A stretch of 64,000 nucleotides of DNA from a bacterium. GTDB lineage: Bacteria > Zhuqueibacterota > Zhuqueibacteria > Residuimicrobiales > Krinioviventaceae. The DNA lies in the NCBI GenBank assembly GCA_963675755.2, contig CAXXMD010000002.1, positions 1,664,001 to 1,728,000 of the forward strand. Direction: 5' to 3'. How positions within the stretch are numbered: position 1 is the first letter of the stretch; each line of letters opens with the position of its first letter. A program made the position numbers and the translations under genes. Positions 39,152 to 49,195 of the stretch are shown here, piece after piece. The notes beneath the pieces were generated by a model. The model had not been told where the DNA came from, ran no database searches, and saw only the letters and a list, made by a program, of their open reading frames with translations.

Positions 39152-40411
39152 ATGAAAAAAATTGCAGCAATATTATTATTGATAGTAACGTTGGCAGTAT
39201 CTCAAGAGAAAAATTACGACGAGTCTCTTGTACCTGAATACACACTTCCGGAACTGTTTAAAATGCAAGACGGCACCCCGGTTAAAACAGTCCAGGATTG
39301 GGAGCAAAAACGTCGTCCTGAAATTTTGGCATTATTTGAAAAAGAAGTTTATGGAAAATCTCCCAATTCGCCTAAAAACCTGCGCTATAAAGTATTAGAA
39401 ACAAGTGACAAGGCAATAAACGGCAAAGCCACCCGTAAACAGGTTCGCGTCTATTTTAGCGATCAGGAAAATCCACATATGGATATTCTGATCTATATCC
39501 CAAACAAGGTATCAAAACCCGCACCCGGCTTTCTAACCCTCAACTTTTACGGAAACCATACAATCAGTGATGATCCGGAAATCATAATATCAGATGCCTG
39601 GTCACGCAACAATGAGGATTTTCATATTGAAAACAACAAACTGGATGAACGTTCACGCGGTGTTCGAACAAACCGCTGGGCTGTTGAAAGAATAATTGAT
39701 CGGGGTTACATGCTGTCTACAATCTATTATGGAGATATTGATCCCGATTTTAATGATTTCAGCAATGGTATACATCCACTTTTTTATAAAAATGGTCAAA
39801 CTCAACCGGGTCCCGATGAATGGGGTGCAATTGGTGCATGGGCCTGGGGTCTCTCGAGAGCCATGGATTATTTTGAAAAAGATAATCAAATCGATCAAAA
39901 AAATATTGCAGTTATGGGTCACTCTAGATTGGGTAAAACATCATTATGGACAGGTGCAACTGACCCTCGTTTTGCCATTGCAATTTCAAATTGCTCCGGA
40001 TGTGGTGGAGCGGCAATATCCCGCAGAAAATTTGGAGAAACCGTTAAACTTATCAACAACGCATTTCCCCATTGGTTTTGTGATAATTTCCTGAAATATA
40101 ATGATAACGAAAACAACCTGCCAATCGATCAGCATATGTTGATTGCTCTTATGGCACCCCGCCCTGTTTATATAGCAAGTGCCGAAAAAGACCGTTGGGC
40201 TGATCCCAAAGGTGAATTTTTGTCCGGTAAATATGCCAGCCCCGTCTTTGAATTGTATGGATTTGAAGCAATGCAGGCAGATGAATGGCCGCCTGTTAAC
40301 ACACCTGTCAAGGGTATCATTAGCTATCATGTACGTACTGGTAAACATGATGTAACCGAGTATGATTGGGAACAATATTTAGACTTTGCTGATAAATATT
40401 TAAAAAATTAA
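39152..40411 (+). CDS. CE15 glucuronoyl-esterase-like secreted esterase
   Basis: NYDES.VP.YTLP, WAWGLSRAMD, GHSRLGK, SGCGGA, PIDQH and WADP.GE. Confidence 0.85.
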   Translation: MKKIAAILLLIVTLAVSQEKNYDESLVPEYTLPELFKMQDGTPVKTVQDWEQKRRPEILALFEKEVYGKSPNSPKNLRYKVLETSDKAINGKATRKQVRVYFSDQENPHMDILIYIPNKVSKPAPGFLTLNFYGNHTISDDPEIIISDAWSRNNEDFHIENNKLDERSRGVRTNRWAVERIIDRGYMLSTIYYGDIDPDFNDFSNGIHPLFYKNGQTQPGPDEWGAIGAWAWGLSRAMDYFEKDNQIDQKNIAVMGHSRLGKTSLWTGATDPRFAIAISNCSGCGGAAISRRKFGETVKLINNAFPHWFCDNFLKYNDNENNLPIDQHMLIALMAPRPVYIASAEKDRWADPKGEFLSGKYASPVFELYGFEAMQADEWPPVNTPVKGIISYHVRTGKHDVTEYDWEQYLDFADKYLKN

Positions 40412-40428
40412 CTTTTTTTCTCTATTTC

Positions 40429-40467
40429 AATCCCCCTGACTATTCAGGTATTTTCAGGGGGATTTTT
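40429..40467 (+). terminator. Probable intrinsic terminator
   Basis: aatccccctga...tcagggggattttt downstream of the esterase. Confidence 0.6.
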
Positions 40468-40582
40468 ACATATCAACATCTCTTCTCAAATATATCAATG
40501 ATTAAGTATTGCGTTACATCTTTTTTTTCTGTATTTTATTTGAAATTTTTTCTCACAAAGATGAATTTAATTCAGGGAATTT

Positions 40583-41509
40583 ATGCAAGCAGATAAAAAA
40601 TGGGGTTTTATCGTCAATCCGGTAGCAGGTAATGGTCTTGCAAAAACCTATCTGCCATTGATTGAAAAACACGCAAAAACAAGAAACCTGAATTATGATA
40701 TTGCTTTAACAGAATATCACAATCATGCAGTGGAACTTGCGCATGATTTTGCCGTAAAAGGATATAAATACATTATTGCAGTGGGTGGCGACGGCACTAT
40801 ACATGAAGCTGCTACAGGTTTATTGCAGCATGATCATGATGCAATTTTAGGTGCCATTCCGGCAGGATCAGGTAATGATATTATACCCATGCTGGGCTTC
40901 CCGCATCAATTTACAGACAAAGATTGGGATATTTTTTTTAATTGCAATACTGTGCTTTCCGATGTGGGTGTATGTAATGGTCACTATTTCATCAATGGTA
41001 TGGGCCTGGGTATAGATGCACAGATAGCTGTTTCGAAAACAAAAGCAGAAGAAGATATTAGTAAAAAGCATACATCTTATTTTAGTCATATTATAAAGAC
41101 TATAATGACATTCAAAGAAGAACCCTTTACCCTTATTTTAGGGGAAGAAGAAACCAATGTCAACTGTTTAATATATACCATAGGAAACGGTAGACGTTTT
41201 GGTGGTGGATATTATTTGACACCCAAGGCAATAGCAAATGACAGTACCTTTGACATTTGTTTTGCAGATAAATTATCTATATTAGAAAGAATTTTATTAT
41301 TAGCCAAAGTACCTAGTGGCACACATATTAAAAATAAAAAAGTAATGTATTCACAAGCGGACCGAATATTGCTGCAATTTAATACAAAAGTGCCTTATCA
41401 TCTGGATGGAGAAATTTATTACGATGAACAATTCATTGTCAATATTCTCCCCCAAAAATTAAAGCTCTTGTACAATCCTGAAGGAGATCACTATTTTGGC
41501 AGCAACTGA
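40583..41509 (+). CDS. Diacylglycerol kinase family lipid kinase (YegS/BmrU-like)
   Basis: NPVAG, GGDGT, PAGSGND, GNGRRFGGG and LDGE. Confidence 0.9.
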   Translation: MQADKKWGFIVNPVAGNGLAKTYLPLIEKHAKTRNLNYDIALTEYHNHAVELAHDFAVKGYKYIIAVGGDGTIHEAATGLLQHDHDAILGAIPAGSGNDIIPMLGFPHQFTDKDWDIFFNCNTVLSDVGVCNGHYFINGMGLGIDAQIAVSKTKAEEDISKKHTSYFSHIIKTIMTFKEEPFTLILGEEETNVNCLIYTIGNGRRFGGGYYLTPKAIANDSTFDICFADKLSILERILLLAKVPSGTHIKNKKVMYSQADRILLQFNTKVPYHLDGEIYYDEQFIVNILPQKLKLLYNPEGDHYFGSN

Positions 41510-42161
41510 TAAAAATTATATTGCGCTTTTTGATCTGGATCATACAATATTAAACGACAGTAGCGGAAAGATCCTGGCTTTACAAGCCTTGAAAAAAGAC
41601 ATATTGAAACGTAGAGATATTATGGAAGGGCTGTTTCTCTCCTTTTTATATAAACTGGGTTTAATGGATGGAGACAAGATCCTTGCGCGCATGTCACAAT
41701 GGATGCATGGCATGTCTGAAAAATGGATTAACAATTTCATCGACGAAATGATGAACATGGCCATGAAACCCGCAATCCGTGATAATGCCCTTCGTGAGAT
41801 TGAATATCATCTAAAGAATAATGCGTTAACTGTCATCTTGTCGGCATCTGTTACGCATATATGTAAGCCCATACAGGACCATCTGGGTATGGATGATATT
41901 ATATGCTCAACCCTTGAGGTTTCTAATGGTAAATTTACAGGAACTACCGTTGGACCCTATTGCTATGGTATAGAAAAATTAAATCGTGCTTTTGATTATT
42001 GCAAAAACCACGGCTTTGCACTGGATAATGCATGGTTTTATACAGATTCTGTTTCTGATCTGCCCATGTTAGAGGCGGTAGGGAATCCCATCTGTGTTAC
42101 TCCGGACAGAAAGTTACAAAACATTGCCCGGGAAAAAGGTTGGCCCATTAACTGGTGGTAA
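41496..42161 (+). CDS. HAD-IB family hydrolase
   Basis: FDLDHT, LSAS, G.EK and YTDS.SDLPML. Confidence 0.9.
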   Translation: MAATDKNYIALFDLDHTILNDSSGKILALQALKKDILKRRDIMEGLFLSFLYKLGLMDGDKILARMSQWMHGMSEKWINNFIDEMMNMAMKPAIRDNALREIEYHLKNNALTVILSASVTHICKPIQDHLGMDDIICSTLEVSNGKFTGTTVGPYCYGIEKLNRAFDYCKNHGFALDNAWFYTDSVSDLPMLEAVGNPICVTPDRKLQNIAREKGWPINWW

Positions 42162-42167
42162 TCTTGA

Positions 42168-42410
42168 TTGGGGGGATTATTGTCCGCGTTAATACATTTT
42201 TTCAGATTATTCTTATACATTCCAGAAATATTGCTGTTTTTCATGGCAGGAATTTTCATTCTTAAAACCGGCAGTTTTACAAACCCCTTTTTCTATAAAA
42301 AACAGGTATATGGGCCAGTTGCCTATATTACGGCCATCATTTTATTATTTCTGGCCATATGGTACCTGATTGGATTTGTGATGGTGTTTAAATATTCTCT
42401 CCAAAATTAA
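42168..42410 (+). CDS. Small membrane protein
   Basis: Two hydrophobic segments; paralogous to the next ORF. Confidence 0.55.
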   Translation: MGGLLSALIHFFRLFLYIPEILLFFMAGIFILKTGSFTNPFFYKKQVYGPVAYITAIILLFLAIWYLIGFVMVFKYSLQN

Positions 42411-42425
42411 AAATAACTTGACAGA

Positions 42426-42686
42426 TTGGGTGCACCTGTGTTTAATTCAACTTTTTTTCCACATTATATACTGTTCCTGGGATTTATATTTACAACATTT
42501 AACAGCATATTCATATTTAAAACCGGCTGCTTTAACCATCCCCTGGATCGTAAAAAAACCATAGAAGGCCTGCCTGCGTATGTTGTGGCGGTTTTTCTTC
42601 TATTCTTTGGTTTATGGTGTCTGGCTACTCTCCTTCTGGCATCAAACATGAGCATATCAAGTCTTGCCAGATATTTTCATCTTTAA
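42426..42686 (+). CDS. Small membrane protein (paralog of 42168..42410)
   Basis: Shares IFI.KTG.F..P...KK...G..AY. Confidence 0.55.
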   Translation: MGAPVFNSTFFPHYILFLGFIFTTFNSIFIFKTGCFNHPLDRKKTIEGLPAYVVAVFLLFFGLWCLATLLLASNMSISSLARYFHL

Positions 42687-42779
42687 TTTATAATTATGAG
42701 AAGAAATAAACATTGACCCAATACCTTAATTTATTATATTAATATAGGGAGATTCATATCATCAATTAAGGGGATTCTC

Positions 42780-45389
42780 ATGAAAAAATGGTACTTGACA
42801 TTCTGTATTTATCTTTGCTTCTTACTCAATTCTTTTGCTGCCACTCTAATCGTACCCGATGATTTGGAAACAATACAAAGCGCCATAGATTCCTCAAGTA
42901 TAGGGGATACAATAGTGGTAAAACCGGGGAATTATTTTGAAAATCTGGTAATAATTAATAAAAATATCAATCTCTTTTCATTATACGAGATAGACGGTGA
43001 TACAGCCCATATAAGTAATACAATCATTGACGGGGGAAATACAAATTCAGTTCTTTCTATACAAACCGGGATCGATTCCACTTGTATTATATCAGGATTT
43101 ACAATTACGAATGGATTTCACAGAAGCGCGGGTGCCGGAATCAATCTGGTGAATGCCAGTCCTGTGATTAGAAATTGTATATTGACAAACAATGGTGATG
43201 ATTCTGACACCAGCCCCTCAGGCATTGGTGGAATATCTTGTTATCTGGCGAATCCCAAAATCCAATCTCTGATAATCACCCAAAATTACGGACCTGGGCT
43301 TTCGGCAATATACTCGAAACCTGTTATAACAGATTGCATCATCTCTAAAAATATGGGCAGTGGAATAAATTTATCAGGAACTTCTCAATTAACATGCTCA
43401 GAGACCATTATTAAGGAAAATAAAGGCTTTAGAGGTGGAGGTATTTACAGTACAAACGCAACAATGAGGCTGGACAATATAACAATTTGCAATAATGCCG
43501 CCAGTTATGGTGGAGGTATGTTTTTCACAGAGGACGCAACCATTGAATCATCAAACAATGTCAATATCTATCTCAATAAAGCATATACTGATGGAAATGA
43601 TCTGTTAGTATGGCAGTCCTCGATTTACGATACTGTTATTACCCCGATTGAGATCAATATAGATACTTTTACCGTCAAAGAGCCTGATGATTTTTTTGTA
43701 GCACCTGATTATGGATTTAATTTAAATATTGAAAATGCTAAAATAGAAAAAGTCAGTCATAACCTGTATGTTTCACCCAATGGCAGCGATCAAAATTCAG
43801 GACAAGATGCGAACCAAGCGCTAAAAAGTTTGGATTTCGCTCTGATAAAATCCAACGCAGACAGTCTGAATCCGCAAACCATTTATTTGTCATCAGGAAA
43901 ATACAGCAGTTCAACAACAGGGGAACAATTCCCTGTCAGATTACGCTCATATGTAACACTTGAAGGAGAATCAGATTCTACAACAATTCTGGATATTGAA
44001 AACCAATGGGAAACTGGAATAGTTGTTATTAATTGTGATTCAATCAGTATCTCTAATATGACTGTGCAAAATGGCTTTGAACATGGAGGAATATCTATTA
44101 AAGGATCATCTATCAAGATGAACAATCTATTCATTCATAACAATACAGGTTATACTGGTGGCGGAATTTATTTTGCAAACAGTTACCTGGAGGTTAAAAA
44201 TTTAATCGTGGCAAATAACAGTAGGGTCGTTTCTGGCTGCGGGGGTATTAAAATAGATTATTGTACCGGGTATTTAAAAAACATTTTGTTTGATTCAAAT
44301 GTTGGCGGCAACCAAAATGAAGAAGGTGGCGGCATGGCAGTCTTTAATTCTGCTTTAGAAATGGACAGTCTTGAATTTATCAATAACATTAGCGGCACCA
44401 ATGGTGGTGGCCTTTATATGTATGATTCAGATATTTCTATAAGCAATTCAACATTTGAAAATAATTCTGCCCTTTATGGCGGCGGTTTAGCTTGCGAAAA
44501 TACCAGGCTTTTACTGTCAAACACGCGGGTAACTAACAACCACGCAGAAAATGCAGGTGGCGGTTTGGTATGTTATCAATCCAGTCCCAGGCTGCATCGT
44601 GTTACTTTTGAAGGCAATACTACCGCAAATTGGGGAGCTGCAATCAGTTGTTCTGAAAATTCAAGCCCTGTACTGAGTCATGTTACAACCATTCACAATA
44701 CCGCGGACCAATATGGCGGGGGTATTTTCTGCTGGCGTGGTTCGAATCCTGTTTTGGTTAATTCCATATTATGGGATGATGTTCCTCAATCAATTGCAAT
44801 AATGCATGATGAAATAGCCTGTTCTCTTGCAGTATCTCATTCCATGATTGACAATGGCTATGAAGGAATGCTTTTTAATGATAACGATACAATAAACTGG
44901 ATGGATGGCAACATTGTGCAAGATCCATTATTTTATCAAGACGCAATTCTGTCAAAACATTCTCCCTGTATTGATGCAGGTACAACAGAGCTTATTTTCG
45001 ATTCAGATACGTTATGGATTGATAAAAACTATGACTATATAGGGACCGCTCCCGATATGGGTGCCATAGAATTTGATCCGCTAACGGATATCTCCCCTGC
45101 CCTTATACCAGAAACCTTTTCAGTACATTTATCCAGTTACCCTAATCCTTTCAATTCATCAACAATGATTGAATTTGGAATAGATAAACAGCAGGAATTG
45201 GATGTATCCATATACAATATGCTAGGCCAAAAAGTCAAACAATTGGTCAACAAAACAATGGATGCAGGAGAATATAAATTTCTCTGGGATGGTAAAAATA
45301 ATTACGGAAATGATACAAGTAGTGGTATATATTTGGTAGTGTTTACCGGAAATATCAATAAAAACATAAAAATTCTTTATCTAAAATAG
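42780..45389 (+). CDS. Secreted parallel beta-helix protein (DUF1565-like) with C-terminal sorting/FlgD-Ig domain
   Basis: TIQSAID, repeated N.A..GGG motifs, YVSPNGSD, SPCIDAG, DMGAIE and YPNPFN. Confidence 0.82.
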   Translation: MKKWYLTFCIYLCFLLNSFAATLIVPDDLETIQSAIDSSSIGDTIVVKPGNYFENLVIINKNINLFSLYEIDGDTAHISNTIIDGGNTNSVLSIQTGIDSTCIISGFTITNGFHRSAGAGINLVNASPVIRNCILTNNGDDSDTSPSGIGGISCYLANPKIQSLIITQNYGPGLSAIYSKPVITDCIISKNMGSGINLSGTSQLTCSETIIKENKGFRGGGIYSTNATMRLDNITICNNAASYGGGMFFTEDATIESSNNVNIYLNKAYTDGNDLLVWQSSIYDTVITPIEINIDTFTVKEPDDFFVAPDYGFNLNIENAKIEKVSHNLYVSPNGSDQNSGQDANQALKSLDFALIKSNADSLNPQTIYLSSGKYSSSTTGEQFPVRLRSYVTLEGESDSTTILDIENQWETGIVVINCDSISISNMTVQNGFEHGGISIKGSSIKMNNLFIHNNTGYTGGGIYFANSYLEVKNLIVANNSRVVSGCGGIKIDYCTGYLKNILFDSNVGGNQNEEGGGMAVFNSALEMDSLEFINNISGTNGGGLYMYDSDISISNSTFENNSALYGGGLACENTRLLLSNTRVTNNHAENAGGGLVCYQSSPRLHRVTFEGNTTANWGAAISCSENSSPVLSHVTTIHNTADQYGGGIFCWRGSNPVLVNSILWDDVPQSIAIMHDEIACSLAVSHSMIDNGYEGMLFNDNDTINWMDGNIVQDPLFYQDAILSKHSPCIDAGTTELIFDSDTLWIDKNYDYIGTAPDMGAIEFDPLTDISPALIPETFSVHLSSYPNPFNSSTMIEFGIDKQQELDVSIYNMLGQKVKQLVNKTMDAGEYKFLWDGKNNYGNDTSSGIYLVVFTGNINKNIKILYLK

Positions 45390-45479
45390 CAGGTTAATGC
45401 TTGTTTCCCAATACCTTTTTTAATATATTTATTCGTACACGGGTAGTTTTATATTTTCATATAAATAGAATATAATCAT

Positions 45480-47234
45480 ATGATTAGTATATCAGGCAAA
45501 AAAAGATCAATTCTGTATTTTTTATCAGCATGGAGCGTATTTCTTTTATTCAGTCTGTCTTTACTTGCAATACGCTATAATGCAACAGTCCACTCGATAA
45601 CAAACAACACCAGACTGGTCCAACAGAATGATCTGGATGATGCTGCCAGAAATATTCAATCTGTAATTAATGAGATCTCTTCTGACATTCTCTATCTATC
45701 AAAATCCAAAATAATACAAAACTATATCATTAATGGAAATCGTGAAAACATAATTCAGGATTGGATTATTTTTATCGAGGAAAATCCATACATAGATACC
45801 ATAAGATTAATAGGCACCGATGGTAAAGAAAAAATCTGTATAGAGTATAATAATGGCTTTCCAACCAGTGTACCTGATGATATTCTTGGGAATCTGTCAT
45901 CCGATCAGGAAATTGAACAAATCCTTGAATTAAAACCGGATGAAATCTATCTTTCCTCTTTTCATATCAACACTGAATTTGAACCTGAACACCCGGTTAA
46001 AAACAAAACTGCAAAAATTGCCACTTTGATTATTGATAAAAAAGGTATGTCATATGGCACTTTGATGTTTACATATCATCCCGAAAAGATAATAACCGGT
46101 ATATCTTCCAGCCTGTTTTTGTTAGACGCAAATGGTGATTATTTAATACATCCTTTGGCAGATTCAGTATGGATTAATCCAAAAGAACTCGAGGCCCCCT
46201 TTTCTTCAACCTACCCAATAGTTTGGGATTCCATAAAAACCAGTAATGCCGGAATCCTGAACATGAACGGATTTGAATATCTATACTCTACAATCCAGCA
46301 GGATCTTTATTATATTCAAAAAAAACCAGGCTCAAGAAATTCATCTATCAAAACGGGTTTAAAATTAATTTCAGTTCTCCCCAATAGGGATATTGTTTCC
46401 CAAGTAGATAATACAAAACACAGTTTTTCAATTCTTTTCTTTATTATAACCATTTTCACACTATTGATAGCTGCATTATTTACATGGATAAACCAGAGCA
46501 GAGAAAATGCCGTAGCAATGCTGCAAACAAAAGCAAACGAACTTGAAGCAAATAATAATACTAAAAACAAACTTTTTTCAATCATTGCGCATGATCTTCG
46601 TAATCCCATTGGGGGTATTAAAAACGTTCTTGAGCTTCTGGTAGACAAGAGTTTAAATATTGATGAACAAAAATCTAAAGAACTGACTGTGGAATTATTA
46701 AAATCCGCAGACATGACCTACAACCTGCTCGAAAATCTGTTGCTCTGGGCTAAAAACCAGAAAAATGAAATCAGAGTAGATTTCAAAATATTTGCTTTAA
46801 AAGATGTCATCGATGAAAATGTAAGATTTGTTGCACCAATGGCCAGGAAAAAAGAGATAGAATTAATTTCCCAGGTAAAAGGAAACTGTAAAGTCTATGC
46901 AGACCCGGATCTGACAACCACCGTTATTAGAAATTTGTTAACAAATGCATTGAAATTCACACAACCGGGTGGTTCTGTTACGATAAAAGCAAAAAAAATC
47001 AAAAAACACATCAGAACAAGTATTATAGATACGGGTGTAGGCATTAATCAAGAGGATATTGATAGCATTTTTGCTCTCAACCTCAAATCCACATATGGTA
47101 CCGCAAAAGAAAAAGGCAGTGGCTTGGGTTTGGATATTTGCAAACACTTTGTTGAACTCAATAAAGGCAATATTTGGGCAAACAGTAAAAAAGATCAAGG
47201 AAGCGAATTCCATTTTACCATACCCGTACCCTGA
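45480..47234 (+). CDS. Membrane sensor histidine kinase with extracytoplasmic Cache-like domain
   Basis: Two TMs; AHDLRNP, NLLTNALKF, DTGVG and GSGLGL. Confidence 0.92.
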   Translation: MISISGKKRSILYFLSAWSVFLLFSLSLLAIRYNATVHSITNNTRLVQQNDLDDAARNIQSVINEISSDILYLSKSKIIQNYIINGNRENIIQDWIIFIEENPYIDTIRLIGTDGKEKICIEYNNGFPTSVPDDILGNLSSDQEIEQILELKPDEIYLSSFHINTEFEPEHPVKNKTAKIATLIIDKKGMSYGTLMFTYHPEKIITGISSSLFLLDANGDYLIHPLADSVWINPKELEAPFSSTYPIVWDSIKTSNAGILNMNGFEYLYSTIQQDLYYIQKKPGSRNSSIKTGLKLISVLPNRDIVSQVDNTKHSFSILFFIITIFTLLIAALFTWINQSRENAVAMLQTKANELEANNNTKNKLFSIIAHDLRNPIGGIKNVLELLVDKSLNIDEQKSKELTVELLKSADMTYNLLENLLLWAKNQKNEIRVDFKIFALKDVIDENVRFVAPMARKKEIELISQVKGNCKVYADPDLTTTVIRNLLTNALKFTQPGGSVTIKAKKIKKHIRTSIIDTGVGINQEDIDSIFALNLKSTYGTAKEKGSGLGLDICKHFVELNKGNIWANSKKDQGSEFHFTIPVP

Positions 47235-47390
47235 AATAATTATCCAATATGTACTTTTTATCACATTAATGTAATATCTTCTTGAATACTGCAAGATAGC
47301 AAACAAAAAAAACAACAAGTTACACTAACTTTCTACAATATAATTATGGCTTATTTTTTGCTAATAAATCTATGATGTATTATTTAAAAA

Positions 47391-48917
47391 TTGCAGGTTA
47401 AAATGAATTCTGAAAAATATTATACAGATCTCTTCAACAATGCTCTGACCGGTATTTATCAAAGCTCAACTGATGGAAAATTTTTGCATGTAAATCCGGC
47501 TATGGCCAGAATTATGGGATATTCTAGTGCCAAAGAATTAATAGAATCCATTGATAATGTTCAGAATATTTATGTTTATAAAGAACAGCGACAAAAGTTA
47601 CTTGCAATAATTGACTCTGAGGGGTATGCAGAAAACTTTATTTCACAGATATATACGCAGGACAATTCAGTCATCTGGATTAGTGAAGAAGCCTGGACTA
47701 TACGTGATGAAAGCGGAACGGTTATTGGTTTCCAGGGAATGGTCAGAAATATCAGTCCCAAACGCAATCTGGATGAAAGAATGGCCAAAAAGCAAAAAGT
47801 TGCCAATCAAAATCAAAAGATGGAAGCCATCAAGACTATGGCCAGAGGTATCTCGCATGATTTTAACAACATTCTGAGTCCCATTGTTGGCTATACTGAA
47901 ATGCTGCTTGAATTCAACACCCATGATGAAAAAACAGAAAGATACCTGCAAAATATTCTCAAATCAGTAAACAAGGCATCAGACCTATCTGCACGAATCC
48001 ATACACTTGCACAACCCGCAAATTTCAAGTCCCAACCGGTTTACCTTGATGAGGTGATGGACGATGTAATGAAAAAACTTACAATTTCAATGCCCCCTAC
48101 TATCAATGTAGATATTGATATTGCGCCAGATATGCATCCGGTACTTATGGATGAAAACAATATGTATTATATTTTAATGAATTTGTGTACAAATGCATAC
48201 ATGGCGATGGCCAATAAAGGTGGTACCCTTACTGTAAAAATCCATCAGGGTGAGTTGGATGGACAATTTATAAGTGAAGAACTGTTAGACCTGGCCCCAG
48301 GTGAATTCATCATTTTACATGTTAATGATTCGGGAGTGGGTATTCCACCGCACGCTTTGGAGCGCATATTCGATCCTTATTATTCTACTCAACAAAAAGG
48401 CAAAGGCCTGGGATTATCACTATCCTATAGCCTGATCAAACAGCATGATGGAGATATCCAAATAAAGAGTAAAGAAAACAGCGGTACCAACATTACCTGT
48501 TATCTTCCAACATTTGATACCATGCTGGACAAAAAAAACAGCGCAAAACCATCAAAACACATATTACTGGTAGATGATGACAAGGACGTGTTGGATATTC
48601 AAAAAAAAATGATTGAAAAACTAGGTTATCAGGTAACTGCTTTTATAGAAAGCCCCCTGGCTTTACAAACATTCAAAGATTCGCCTGAATCCTTTGACCT
48701 GATATTAACCGATATGAACATGCCTCAAATGACCGGACTTGATTTATCAAAATCCATATTGAGCATAGATTCTCAAAAACCGATAATATTATGTACGGGC
48801 TTTAGTGACAGCGTAAACGAATCTCTGGTAAAACGAGCAGGTATTAAAAAGTTTATACTTAAACCGTTAACCACACAAAAACTGGCTAACGATCTTAAAT
48901 CTGTTTTTGAAAGTTAA
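47391..48917 (+). CDS. Hybrid PAS histidine kinase / receiver
   Basis: PAS (VNPAMARIMGY), SHDFNN, NLCTNA, IFDPY, GLGL; receiver VDDD, DMNMP and KP. Confidence 0.92.
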   Translation: MQVKMNSEKYYTDLFNNALTGIYQSSTDGKFLHVNPAMARIMGYSSAKELIESIDNVQNIYVYKEQRQKLLAIIDSEGYAENFISQIYTQDNSVIWISEEAWTIRDESGTVIGFQGMVRNISPKRNLDERMAKKQKVANQNQKMEAIKTMARGISHDFNNILSPIVGYTEMLLEFNTHDEKTERYLQNILKSVNKASDLSARIHTLAQPANFKSQPVYLDEVMDDVMKKLTISMPPTINVDIDIAPDMHPVLMDENNMYYILMNLCTNAYMAMANKGGTLTVKIHQGELDGQFISEELLDLAPGEFIILHVNDSGVGIPPHALERIFDPYYSTQQKGKGLGLSLSYSLIKQHDGDIQIKSKENSGTNITCYLPTFDTMLDKKNSAKPSKHILLVDDDKDVLDIQKKMIEKLGYQVTAFIESPLALQTFKDSPESFDLILTDMNMPQMTGLDLSKSILSIDSQKPIILCTGFSDSVNESLVKRAGIKKFILKPLTTQKLANDLKSVFES

Positions 48918-49195
48918 AAATTAAATCATAAAAACATTCTACCGGTAAATTATTTTTCTTCAAACCCGGAATTTTTCTCTATATTATATAATTATAGATG
49001 ATGTTCAATTACATTTTTGTAAATCAATTATATACAATTATGTGATTCCATTCATTTATTTACCGAACCAACTAAAATAAGTACAATAAAAACAATACCG
49101 GAAAGTGCTTGTTTCAGTTTGTAATAACGGTATATAATTTGCATTATACAGTTGTCTAAAACTAGAGCAAAAATAAAAAAAATCGGTAAAAATTT

